This document shows positions 12,001 through 24,000 of a stretch of 32,000 nt of DNA, piece by piece. The position numbers were made by a program, and so were the translations under genes. Every line of letters begins with the position of its first letter. The first letter of the stretch is position 1. The notes under the pieces were generated by a model. It worked only from the letters and a program-made list of their open reading frames with translations. It did not search any database and was not told the DNA's origin. The stretch comes from Candidatus Omnitrophota bacterium (GTDB taxonomy: Bacteria; Omnitrophota; Gorgyraeia; Zapsychrales; JANLHA01). The DNA lies in the NCBI GenBank assembly GCA_963662715.1, contig OY759724.1:1080001-1112000 (forward strand). The letters are read 5' to 3'.

Positions 12001-15000
12001 TGGTAATGAGGATACGGGAAAGATCCGCACCTTTAGAAAAATCACGCTGCACAACAGGGTGCTCCTCCACGGTTCTCCTCGGGACAAGGATCTGAACGCC
12101 GAGCTTGGCATGGAAATCGTCATTGGCCGACTCAAACAGGTAATAATGAGATCCAAAAATTTCCCTGGAGACCAGGTCCGAAAGAACGGTCATCGTTCCT
12201 CCGATGCCCTGATAGCCTTTGGAATCAGGATAGAACAATCCGGCATTGCGGTAACGGACCTGCACCCAGAGGGCCGGGGCTATGGCAAATACATTATGAC
12301 CAACGCTCCATTGCCCCGAACGATGTTCTGCCTCGGCAGACGCAAGACTTTCCCGGCGGATTTCCGGATATGTTTTCATAAGGTCTTCATCGCTGCAAGA
12401 ACTCTCATCCAGGAATGTCACGAGACCCCGCTCTGTTTCGGTCGTGAAGGTCTCTTTTTCGTCCGTTACGATAATCCGGTCGGCTCTTCCCACAAACTGA
12501 TCCTGCTCCGCGTCATGGCTGATATCAAAAACATCAATAACAAACGCTCTATAAGGCTGAAAGCCTAATTTTTCCGGGCCAAATTTGGGCAAAGCCGCCG
12601 TCGTCCCTGTCCGAAGCCGGAACACCAATTTATGTTCCTCATCCACCCGGTACACAGCGTGGCCCCGTGTTAAGAATCCCTCTCCGTCAAATCTTTTCCT
12701 GCCCTGCCCCTTAATAGGATCTTCCGCGTTTCCAGTGACAGGCGAACTGGCGGGGTTCCGGATGAAATACACATCCGTTTCCAAGCGCCGAACATCCATG
12801 CGGGCTTGGCCGATCTTCGCCCCAGGCCGATAGGCTCCCGCCGATTTAAAGGTTTCCATAATAATGTCAACGTTATTTAAACCTCCCGAATGCAGCCAGC
12901 GGACAGGCTGCCAGACAAGGGCCTGTCCGCCCGGGTTCAAGACAAGAGGTAAGGCCCGGGCAAAACGTCTCAGGGTCCGGCCGTTCGCATCTCCGTCCCA
13001 GAGGGAATGACCGTGTTTCAGTCCATCGGATTCCGACACGTTCAGATCCAATTGCTGCATGTTCCACAAGACAAAATCAAACCTCCGATCCTGGAATCTT
13101 AAACGGCCGTCAGGAGTCATAATATTGTCTCCGATGACAGCCTCAAGCCCGAAACCGTTGTTATTCGCCACCGTGCGCACATTCGCCACTTCCATAGGGT
13201 TCAGGCCTATCGCATAAATGATCTCGCGTGTTTTGCGGGAAACAGCCCAGGCATCAATTCCGCTGCCCGGACCGACCACCAGCACCCGGCTCCACGGCTG
13301 AATGGGCAGCTGTTCAATCAAAGCGTGATAATACCGCATATCTGTTTCAAAAACCACTCTGGCCCCCGGAGTGTAAACAGTCGGTGCGACCGGAAGGAAT
13401 GTTCTATGGATAAACCGTTTCTCCGGACGGGACATCCACCGCCGGACGTACGTCCTTTCGAATTCCTGCCAGTTCTTCTTAAAGAGAAGGTCAGGCATTT
13501 CTTCGGACACCCGCCAACGGATATTTCCGGGGGTGGTTTCCATCAAAGCAAAGACATACGGGGAGCAGATAAATTTGGATGCATACCCCTGGCTGACGTC
13601 CATCGCTCCCTGGTAATTTTCCTCGGCATATTCTTCAATAATCTTCTGGTCATAACCGCGTCCGGCGATAGACTGATGCCAGGCAAAAAGTCCTTCAAGA
13701 TCATCAAGCCGCGGCACCGGGATATTGAAATGACTCAAGTTGAAATAATTCCATGATTTTAAAACAGACGCGAAATCTTGCCCTGTCCGGGATATTTGTC
13801 CTTTGACTTTCCGGGTCATAGCAGGAAAGACGGCAATCAGCTGATCATTGTTGTTAAAAATCAGATCAAAATCTGTTAAGTCCTCTCCGTTGACATGGCC
13901 CAAGTGATGCTGCAGGACATCTAACCCGACCGGCGCCCGGCTCGTATCTTTCCTTCGCGAGATACGGATTCTCTGGATTCTCGCTCCGAATTTTCGTTCG
14001 CTCCACATAATCTTATAAGCCCTAGCTCCCGGGGACGCGTTCAGGCCAAGGACGTTCATTATCTCTGCTGTAAGGGTTGTTTTGGCGTCCGCCTGGATGA
14101 CGGGGGAGCTGTTCCCGCTTAGAGAAGTGCGCGCGCTTGAACGCGGAGCTGTCTTTTCTATGATTTCCTCAACAAGGCTTTCCCAGATATAGATACGATC
14201 TTTATCGAGGACTCTGTTTAATCTTCTTTCATTGAGCCATTCCACAAACATAGAATCAAACACATGTTCCTCCAAATCCGTACGGCCCCGGTCGCCGGAC
14301 TGAAAAGCATCCATGACCCGGCTAATCTGCGCTATAGACCGTGTAACCGCCCGGGCACCATACCGGTGCATGATCCAGTCCAGCGTAGAACAATATCGGC
14401 CATGCACATCCTCATAACGCTCCACCCGAATCCTGTCCCGATAATTTTCGTCAAACTGCCCGAAGGTCGGATCAATCCCTAACACCGGAATAGTCTGATA
14501 ATAAAAGACAATCACATAATGTGTTTTGAATTTGTCCCGAAAAATCATCCTTTCCAGGACAAAAGACGTCTCTTGCCTGTCGCCGAACCGCACTTCTAAT
14601 ATTTGTGCAAGAACCTGCCCCAGGATATAACCGAATTCCCGGCAGAGATGATCCCCTTTGCTCCGCCATTCCGGCAGGCCTTGTTTTATAACCTGCCAGA
14701 TCTCTCTCTCATATAATCCGAGATAACCGTGTATCCCTGTCTTTAGACGGCTGAAATGCTCATTATCGACCAGATCCAAATCATAGGTGACCGGGCTGGA
14801 GGAGACAATTTCTTTCCCGGGAGATTGTCTCTCTGAAACTTTTTGGACCGGACTGGATGCTTCAGGATCATCATTCCTGTTTTCAAAAGATTCCATTTCT
14901 TTCAAAATACGCATATCATATTCATGAACCTTATGCATAAGCAGTTGATGAAGCTGCAAAAATTTCATGTCCATCCCCGGGAGAGGAATCACAGGCAAGA

Positions 15001-18000
15001 ACATCAAAGCCCCTAAAATCTGGCTGAATCGGGCCGGGCCTTTAATCCTGATCCGCTCGAAAAGATCATTTATTATTTCTTCTTCCGGGACGTCCGGGGT
15101 AAAAACAAAACAGGCGGCAAGATACAAACTTATCGCCTGGCTCATTCCGGGGGTTATCTCCAAGGAACTCGTCAGCCGCGACCTTAGGTTTTCCTGTATC
15201 CCGCTTGCCTTGATCTGTCCTCCGTTTATCAAAATCTTTTCGTAAGCCAATAACTGAATAAAAGTATAAAGGCTTCTTAAGAAAGCTTCCGATCTGGCCC
15301 GGCCCTCCGGCGTAGATGTCTCAACGGTCCAGTCGACCTGGAAGATCAAAGCATCAATGATAAAATCGATATTGTACTGCGGATGAATCATGTAAAGCTC
15401 TATTAAGGCTTTAAGGTCGCCGCGCCTTAACTGCTCCCCGATAATCCTTGGGGCGATCAGGGGTTCCAGTTCAGAAAAGGCTTCGCCGATATCCCATCTC
15501 AACCGATTCAGCTTGGGGATCGCCTTTGATTCAAGCATTAAAGCTTCTATGATGTCTCTGATCCTGTTGATGCCTTTTTTAACATCCTCCATGATGTCAG
15601 ACAGCTTTTCGTTTCCTAGTATCTCCTGAACAGCCTGCTTGGAAATCCCATTGCTCAGCATCTCTCCCGGTAAGTTCCGTTCGGATCTATAGAGCTCAAA
15701 CAGACCGTCCAGGGCATTATAAACAGACCAGAATATAACAAAGGCGTTCACATGTTCAGGCAATCTCTCTTCCGGCCATTGATACTGGCTGATAACCGAT
15801 GTGCGGAGGAACGCTTCCAAAAGCATCGACCGGTCTCCGGCATATTCCATGGCTTGTTGCGGACGCACCCGATACAAGGAATAATCAATGACCCAGCCTC
15901 TTTGGGAGGCTTTGGATCCGGTAATCGTTGCCCCGGCATAAGGATCGACAAAACGGTAAGGATTAAATTTCAACTTCTCCGCTTTCCCTTGCCCGAGGGC
16001 CCATGTCGTCAGTTCACAGCACGAGTTGATTGTATTCATAAGTTTTCTCGCCGTATCAACGGCCGGGTGAATAAGAATCAGGGTCGCGTTTAAGTTCATG
16101 CCGGCTCCGAGGATGATGCGCGCGGCATTCTTATTGGTCGCGGCCCCTCCCCGCATTTTCTTATCCATATCTTTTAGCACGTCATCGTCATAAGATTCAT
16201 GCCCCATCAGCACCATGCCCATACGTAAATCTCTATAAAGAATTTCCGCCAACTCTGGATGACGGTCAATGTTATCCGACCGCATTAATGCGAAAGTAAC
16301 GATTCCGGATTCCTGGAACTCCCCGTTCTCCCGGGCGAGAGCGGCCAGTTCCCTGTTCCTTTCCGGCCGAAGGTTGAAGTTATCGTCATTAAAGAATATG
16401 GCGCCTAAACGCGGAGCAAAATTCCTTATGATATTCAGCAACACCCTCATACCGTCTTCCGCCGGCAAGAGTGAAATCTTCGGTTTAATGCCCAAGACCC
16501 CCAAGGCTTGCGTCTCTTCCGCCGTAAGGTTCCGATAAGCATCCGGAAGCTGGTTGGTCGATGAACAGAAGTCACAGCCCATCGGGCATTCTGTCTCAAA
16601 ATAAACCCTCACGGTTCTGACGAATTTGTCATGGCCGGTGGCTTCCAAATGCTCCAATCCGTAATAATTTTCAATATACTGCCAATATTCTTCGTAAGGG
16701 ACATTGATCGAATCATGCATCAAGGTGACAAGTCGTAAATCATCCAGCTGATAGTAAATGACGCCCCTGGCTTCCTGCACGGCCCCGGATTCACTCCGGG
16801 TAAAGACGCCTCTTATCCGGGCAAAATCACGAATACGATTTTCTGACCGCCGGAGAGCCAGCGCCATTTCAAGCATAGGATACTCGCCCCATCCCGAGAT
16901 GACGGCGTCAACGGGCGCCTCCCGGATCAGCTTCTGACGGTTGAATTGCGCGCCCTGTCCTCCGGCGATAATAACCGTATCAGGCGACAGATTCTTAATC
17001 TTGAGCAACTGTTTAAGATCTTGCGGCAACGTTTGATCAAGCATACTGAACCCGATCATATCGTAATGGTTCTCCGTGACTATCTGCTCCAGATCATGGC
17101 GGCCTTGCAGTATTCTTAAACTGGCATCATAGACGTCGACTTCAAAACCAAAAACTTTGAGGAATGAAGCGATACGATACAGTCCGAAAGGCGGCGCCAG
17201 GAACTGTCCGGGCCGTAACTGCGGATTCGTCGGCCCGACCAAAAGAATTCTCGGCAACCCGGACAACGGAAGGCTATCATTAAAACATAAGCCTTTACCG
17301 GACGCCAGCCGGTCAAGGCGCCCGATTATAACCGCTTTACTTATGTTCAGGAAAGATAGCCCGCCCAGGACAGGATGCGCCACCAGACGTTTAATATGGT
17401 CTTTCGTCGGATCACCAAGACTTCGCGCCTCTTCTGTAAGCTGTAAGACATGTCTCTCTTCTTTCTGATCAACAAACGGCTGGTCAACGCTGAGCAGTTT
17501 AATATAGAGATACCGGGCGGGAGTTGACAAATAATTAAAACGGCTTTTCAGAGTTATTTCATCCAGCGCTCTAAACAGCTGCGCTTTTTCGTCACGGGTC
17601 ATACGCGCAAGATAAAGGTCAATCTCATCCCGCTGCAGCACGGATCCGGTGCCGGACCTTAATGTCCCCGTGGCATCTAAAGATATCGCGCCCGATCTGA
17701 CTCTGTCATTGACACGCTTTACGAATTCCGGAGATTCTGCCGGGGAAACGGCAATGTCCTGATACAGGGCTTTTACCTCCTCGGTCAAAGCGGCCCGGGA
17801 AGAATTCTTGTTTAAATATGCCGGTTCGAAAACAATGAGCCTCAATTCAAATATCTCGATGGCCGCGGCAACCTCTTTCCCTAAGAACCTGGAGCCGGCG
17901 GCAGGTCTGCGGGCAAAATACAGCCCTTCCGACGTCAACAATAAATTATAGCTCATATCATGCGCATGAGCTTCCTGAATAGCCTGAGACAGCCATCGTG

Positions 18001-21000
18001 ACGTTTCGGAAGCGTGTCCCTGTATTTTCAGATTCTCCGACGGCCATGCCGGGACATGAGAGATCCTCAGGCCTGTTCCCTGGTATAGCGTATTCTGACG
18101 TTGCCCTGCCATCTGGACGGCCTTTTTCTGCCTGCCATAATACCCCTGAAAATGCAGGTGTCTCTGGGAGTTCCCGGCATTATCAGCATTAAAATAAATA
18201 TTGAAATGCGGAAGTCGCTGCTGGATTTCGAGAATATCTTCCATATCCTCCCTCGTTATTTCCTGGAAGCGATGGATCAGTCTGCCGGCATGATCCAGAG
18301 GCACAATAACAATATGGAACTGTTCATAAGCGATCCTGTTGGTCCATATTTCCCACTGCCGTCCGCTGTTCAGCCGCATCGTAACAAGTTTTTGTCTGTC
18401 CCTGACGGCAGAATCACATAACGGGCACTTTACCTGCCGGGCCTGTTTTTCCCGTTCCGTTTTCTTCGTTTCTTTCGTTCGCTCCTCGTGATAACGCAAA
18501 GCAAACCTCAGCCCTCCGGCCTTAAGTTTTCTCTGCTGGAATTCCGAAGGCATAACTTCGATCAAGCCCCTGGATCTTCTCTCCTCCCACGCCCGGAGAA
18601 GGGCTCTCTCTTCTTCATTCATGATCAGATTCGCATAATAATACCCGAGGACATACGCTATCCGGTTCATCACATTCTTAAGGAATCTCCCGGCAGTCCT
18701 TTTACGAACCGGGCTGCTGACCGACGGCGCCCGGGCCGTCCTGCTGCTGTCCATCATCACCGGGCTGTTGGCAACAGAATCCCGGGTCCTGGCTTCCGGC
18801 TGAATCATGTCCGTGGAGTAGGCAGAAGCCCCCGCCGAGCCGGCAGAACTTTCTTCCTGGCTCTGTGGCTGTGCCGGTGATTTATATCCCCGATCAGCAA
18901 AATATTGCACAAAAACGGCCTCCCCGGCTTTGGCAAGAACATCAAGGAATGTGACAAAGCGGTCAGTTTGATCTTCATAAGTGAGGAGCTGATCAATAGG
19001 AAAGATATGAATATAAAGCACAAATTTCCCGCGTTCTTTTCTTAGCCGCATCCAGGAATCTTCTGTCCTGCTAAAATCGGATGTCACCTTCACAGAAAAG
19101 CTCTCAACCGGAAGCTTTGCGATACGGACTGTTATCTGTTCATATAATTTTTGCAACGCGTCTGTCTGAGACGGGGATAAAGGTCCGTTATCCCTGGCTT
19201 TCCAGACAGGCTGGCCGCCTGTAAAATCCAGTTCCCCGTATAAAGGATTGTCCCGGTATTTCTGTTCATAGATTCTTTTGGTCTCGTTAAAAGGCTTGAA
19301 CATAAACAAACGGTCGTCTTCCTTCGCTGTTTCCGGGGCCTCTTTGCTGACCTCATTTTTGATAATTTCAAAATGGAGGGCACCAAAACCAACAACGATC
19401 GGCACTTGAGGCTCCTGCGCCTGGACCGCCAAAACAGACCGCGCCATGGCGACACTTCTTGCGTCATTGATTTCGTCAAGCCTCGACAAAGTTATTCCGT
19501 TGATGTTATACATAAGTTTCCGGGCCGCTTCTCTTAACTCAGGGGAATCCAGTCCGACAATCTCGATATTCCGGTGGGACATATCATTGTCCATATCGAA
19601 ATAGATGTAATTCACCGGCAGATAGAATAAGAGAAACACTTCTTTTGCTGTTGCCGCAGGTCTCCGGACATTCTTTCTCTTCATAATACGTAAAATGGAA
19701 TTGTACCGCTCTTTGGCCAGTATGGTGGACCTGACCCATTCTGTAGTATCAAATTCATTCCCGTAAATCACTTTCGGATATTGTGCGGATAAGGCCTTAA
19801 CCTGCTCAACAATCTGTTTGTAACGGTTAATGACAGGACGGTAAGAAGCCAAAAGCCTGTTAACTCTTGCCTGGTATACTTCATCAGAAACATTGGCATT
19901 CAGCAGCTGCTTCATCATAATCTGGGTGAACCATAAATCAGTATGTTCATAGCCCCTTAAATAAACCGTTCCGATCCGGGCGTCAGGGTTAACATCCATT
20001 GCCTCTCTTAACTCAACAACAGCCTTTTCAACAGACCTGAGATATTGAACTTCATCATGATGTTGCTTGATGCTTTGAACAAAGGAAGCACAGCCCGACA
20101 AGAAAACGAGCTGCGGAAGGAGGATAAAAAAGATTAAAATCATCCGGAATATTCCGGGGGCCCGGGCGCCGTTGATACGGAACATTTTGGCCATACGCTT
20201 AATTTTTCGGACGAACCAGGTTTCTCTTTTAGAGGCCTCCGGCGGCCGGATAGGAGATCGGCGATCTGGGCGTACGGAATGAACTCCGGCCCGCCAGTGA
20301 CCGGCAGACTCATCCTGCCATATCCCCGCATCATCTGGATGGGTCTGCGGAGCAGAAGGATTGACCGGGGAGCTTGCCTGATTGGAGTCATCAGCTTTGT
20401 GGTTACGTTGTATTTCGGCCAAGGCCTTTTCCAGGGTCTCTTCAATAGCCGGCGGGTCATAAGAAATCACCCTCTTGAGTTTTTCAACCGAGAAAACCCT
20501 TCCTGTTCCGACGTCAGGCTGTGTCATGCCTTGTTCTTCCCGGGACAGAAGGTTGGCCTTCCGGCCTAGACGTGATTCCAGGAAAGAAAGCAGTTCCTGC
20601 AAAGAATATTTCGTTCCGGTCCCGACATTAAAGACCTCGGACAAATCCAGGTTTTGCTCCTGGGCCCAGAGCACAAGCCGGACCATGGCCTCCGCGGCAT
20701 CATCAACATAAATAAAATTGTAAGTGTCCGACGGGTTGGAAACAGTGATCGGCAGGCCCCGCAAGAGATTGACCGTAAACTTGCTGAAAACATCCAAAGG
20801 ATAAACTTCATGATGATGTGAGAAAAATTTGGGAATCGTGTTCGATAACCGGGCAATAATATACGGGCCGCCATATCTCTGGACAATCTTTTCCCCCCAG
20901 TATTTGCTTAAATCATAGGAACTCTCCGCCGGCTCAGCAGCCACCGTCTCGTTGATATAAACGCCGGGCTGTCTTCCATAAACACGCACGCTTGAGACAT

Positions 21001-24000
21001 AAAGAACGAGCGGCTGCTTTTGCCGTTCTTCCCGATATCCTTCCAGAGCACGAAGCAGGCTGTAAAGACCCAGCATGTTGACCTCCAAACTATCGAGTTT
21101 CTTTTCACGGGTTTTAACAATATCGGAAAGCCAGATAATGGCGTCCGGCTCCGAATCAAAGACCGCGTCCCTCACCTGCTGATCGTTTCTGACGTCAAGT
21201 TTGACAACTTTCGTTTTGAGGCCTTCTTGCGTCCCGTTAAAACCGGAGATTCCCGATAAACCTGTGACGATGATCTCCCGGACCTGCGGCATCAGTTCGC
21301 TGATTTTTCTATACAACGATCTTCCGATAAAACCGGTTCCCCCGATCAGCAGGACTTTTTTGACCGGGTGAACTTTTGACGGTGCCGGTTCCGTTATTTT
21401 TTCACGCTCTCCTAATAACGGGGCCTCGGTCAAAAATTCCAAAAATTTTCTCGCAAGCTGCGTTTGAACCTCATAACCGCAGCGGGCATAAAGTTCAATC
21501 ATCCTGCCCGTTCCCGCCGCCAAAGCCTGGCGGCCTTTCAGCGTCCGCATCGCAGCCGGGCTCATCATCTGACCTATTCTCTGAGGAAACTGCGCTGTTG
21601 ACACGACGTCTTTCATTGAAGCCTGCAGGGACTCTTTATCCTCCTGATACCATGTCCATAAGAATTCCATGAACTCATTGATACGAAACGCCCAGGGGGA
21701 ACAAACCTGGCAATGCCGATCAATTCGCGGATAAGTTTTAAGGAAACTCTGCCAGAGATTTCTTCCTATGACATCAGGATCAACGCCTTGCACAAAATTA
21801 TATAAACTTCCCCCGCCGGAGTACCCGCGATGATCGCACGGGTACATTCGCCCGTTGGGGGCAATAACGCCCGTAAACAGCATGGCCCAGCATTTCTTGG
21901 CTTGGCTCACAAACGGCTTTTGTTCGTGACGGCCGATCCTTTCCATATCATCTGTTCCATGCATGGCAACAACGGAATACTTGTGGTTCGAAAAGCGTTG
22001 AGAAACATCAAACAAGGCTTCCAGGTCACGGAAATGAGAGTTGAGAACTTCCGCGGTCATTAACCCGGTTATATCGAATTTAAACCGCAAAGAATCAACT
22101 CCCAGCTCCTGCATATCGGAGGCCATAGTCAGGATTTCATGAAAATTCTTCCCGGAAATGACAAAGCCCACGTTGATCATGGTGGAGAGCTGCTGCAACC
22201 TTTTCAGGCTGACGAGATCCGCCATGTCGGCCACTATGCCCTGATAATCTAATTTCTGGTTTCTTTTAAGCTTGCGGAAGGTTTCTTCGGAAGCGGCATC
22301 AAGGCTGACATGGACATAATCCAATAAATGCAACACGTCCTTGATTCTGTGCAGTCCCAGCCCGTTCGAGAAAACACCTTTTCTTATAGAAGACGGCAGG
22401 TTCCGAATAAGGGCAGGGATCCTGCGGCCGAAGCTGCCCTCCAGGGGCTCGCCGAACAATCCTGATAATTTGACCAATTTGAGTGCACCGTGATAATGCA
22501 ACTCCTGCACCACGGAAGTATAAATATCAAAAAGCCGGTCACTGATAGAATGATATTCTTTCTGGGTCTGTCTGATTTCCGGTAAAGACAATATCCGCTT
22601 TCCGATACAATGTTCACACCCCATCGAGCAATAAGGGCTCTGGATCTCTAACTCCGTCAATACGTGAGCATATTCGCCTCTTTCCAACGCTTCGAATACC
22701 TGAATGATGGACTCATGCTGTTCAAGCAGGAAATCAAACTCATAGGTAAAAGGAATGCTTCCTTTGCTGAGGTAATCGTAAAGCCGCCGTTCAAATTTCT
22801 TTCTGGCCGCTATTCTTCCTAAATGATTTGACTCGTCTATCGGGGATGAGGCCGGCCCCCTATGATCCTCTATAGATTCTTGATCCTCTGCGTGCTGCCT
22901 TACGGAACTGCTTACGGCCTGAGCGAGCTTCCGGACATCTCTGTCGGATGAAAAATCCCGGGCAAATCTTCTGAATCTCTCTATGCTGCCCTCGGCATGG
23001 ACAAGCTGCCCGGGATAATCAAAAATATTCATCGGAGCATAAGGATGCCTGAAGACAAACCGATAATTCATTTCTTCCAAGAACCGCAAACGCAGTATTT
23101 CTATAATGGCTCGTATCTCTTCCAGGCTGAGTTTATTCCGGACGGTCTCGTTATAGGACCGAACCATGACTTCCAGTTTGTCCCGCCCGTACGGAAGCGG
23201 AGCGGCGATATCATCCCGTCCCAATATTAGATTATTAAACTCGAGCACGCGGATATCCGTCACAGCCATGGCGAAATCTATTATCGCAATAACATGTCCA
23301 TAAACGTTGAAGATGAAATTCCCGACATGCAGGTCATTATGAACCGGAGATTCCGGGAGTCCTTCGGCAGAATAATTGCGGCTGAAAAGCTCGGTCTGCT
23401 TCATGATGAAAGGCTTATACGTAAAGAATAGTTTCTGTCCTGCTTTACTGACCGGGGAATCCCTCTCTATGCCGTGGAAAGCTCTTAAAGATTTCTCCAC
23501 TTCACTAAAAATCTGTTTTCGTGATTTATAGCGCCGTACGCCTTCCGGCTTAAATCCGAACAATACATTATTTATGTGAGCGGCGCTTCTGGCCGTGGCC
23601 TGAAAATCTTCTAAACGGGCATCCTCAAGACGGATCTTTTTCCCGTCTCCCATAAATTCTTCCAGGATATAACGCGCCCCGTCACATTCAACGATATAGT
23701 TCAAGGCCGTATCCTCTGCCGTTCCGGAGACCCGGTAAAGTTCCGGCACGGGCAGCCCGGCACGGTGCAATTCTTTCATAACAGAAACAATAAACCGGGC
23801 CCTTGTCACAGGATCCTGTATCCTTCTTAAGACCTTTTCTTCCTCTTGCGTGATAATCAATACCGGAGGATGCGTGCTTCCGATGCCTCCTGTCAACACC
23901 TTGCTCCCGGCTTTCCCGATTCCGTAATACTTCCTCACAAGCGCTACGGCTTGATCCTGCCCCTGTTCCACCGGCGAACTCGTTATCGGGCTTGGGCCGG

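Noticed and set aside
12059-12568. The longest plus-strand ORF in the track (169 aa), along with the other plus-strand ORFs such as 3575-4048, 13325-13756, 8237-8653 and 18488-18880, considered as possible genes.
   Set aside because: All lie antisense to a continuous, domain-rich minus-strand frame. Their translations are Arg/Ser/Pro/Leu-biased with no recognisable motifs, and they are short. They are typical shadow ORFs of a long coding region.
19132-19479. Minus-strand ORFs listed in the track (for example 19132-19479, 20140-20460, 20566-20886 and 30976-31248), considered as genes.
   Set aside because: Their end coordinates are 0 or 2 mod 3. They are therefore out of frame with the continuous ORF (1 mod 3), fully overlapped by it, and lack motifs.
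20192-20194. The ATG at 20194-20192 (start of the lipoprotein-like signal), considered as a true gene start that splits the ORF.
   Set aside because: The frame is open and coding-like upstream, with an SDR domain ending about 70 codons earlier. There is no stop codon and no Shine-Dalgarno-like sequence at appropriate spacing. Internal initiation is kept only as a hypothesis in the findings.
23342-23460. ESPV (23342-23353) and DSPV (23449-23460), considered as additional junction motifs.
   Set aside because: Both lie inside the APH-type kinase fold. ESPVHNDLH leads straight into the catalytic loop, and neither sits in a polar linker. They are probably coincidental partial matches.
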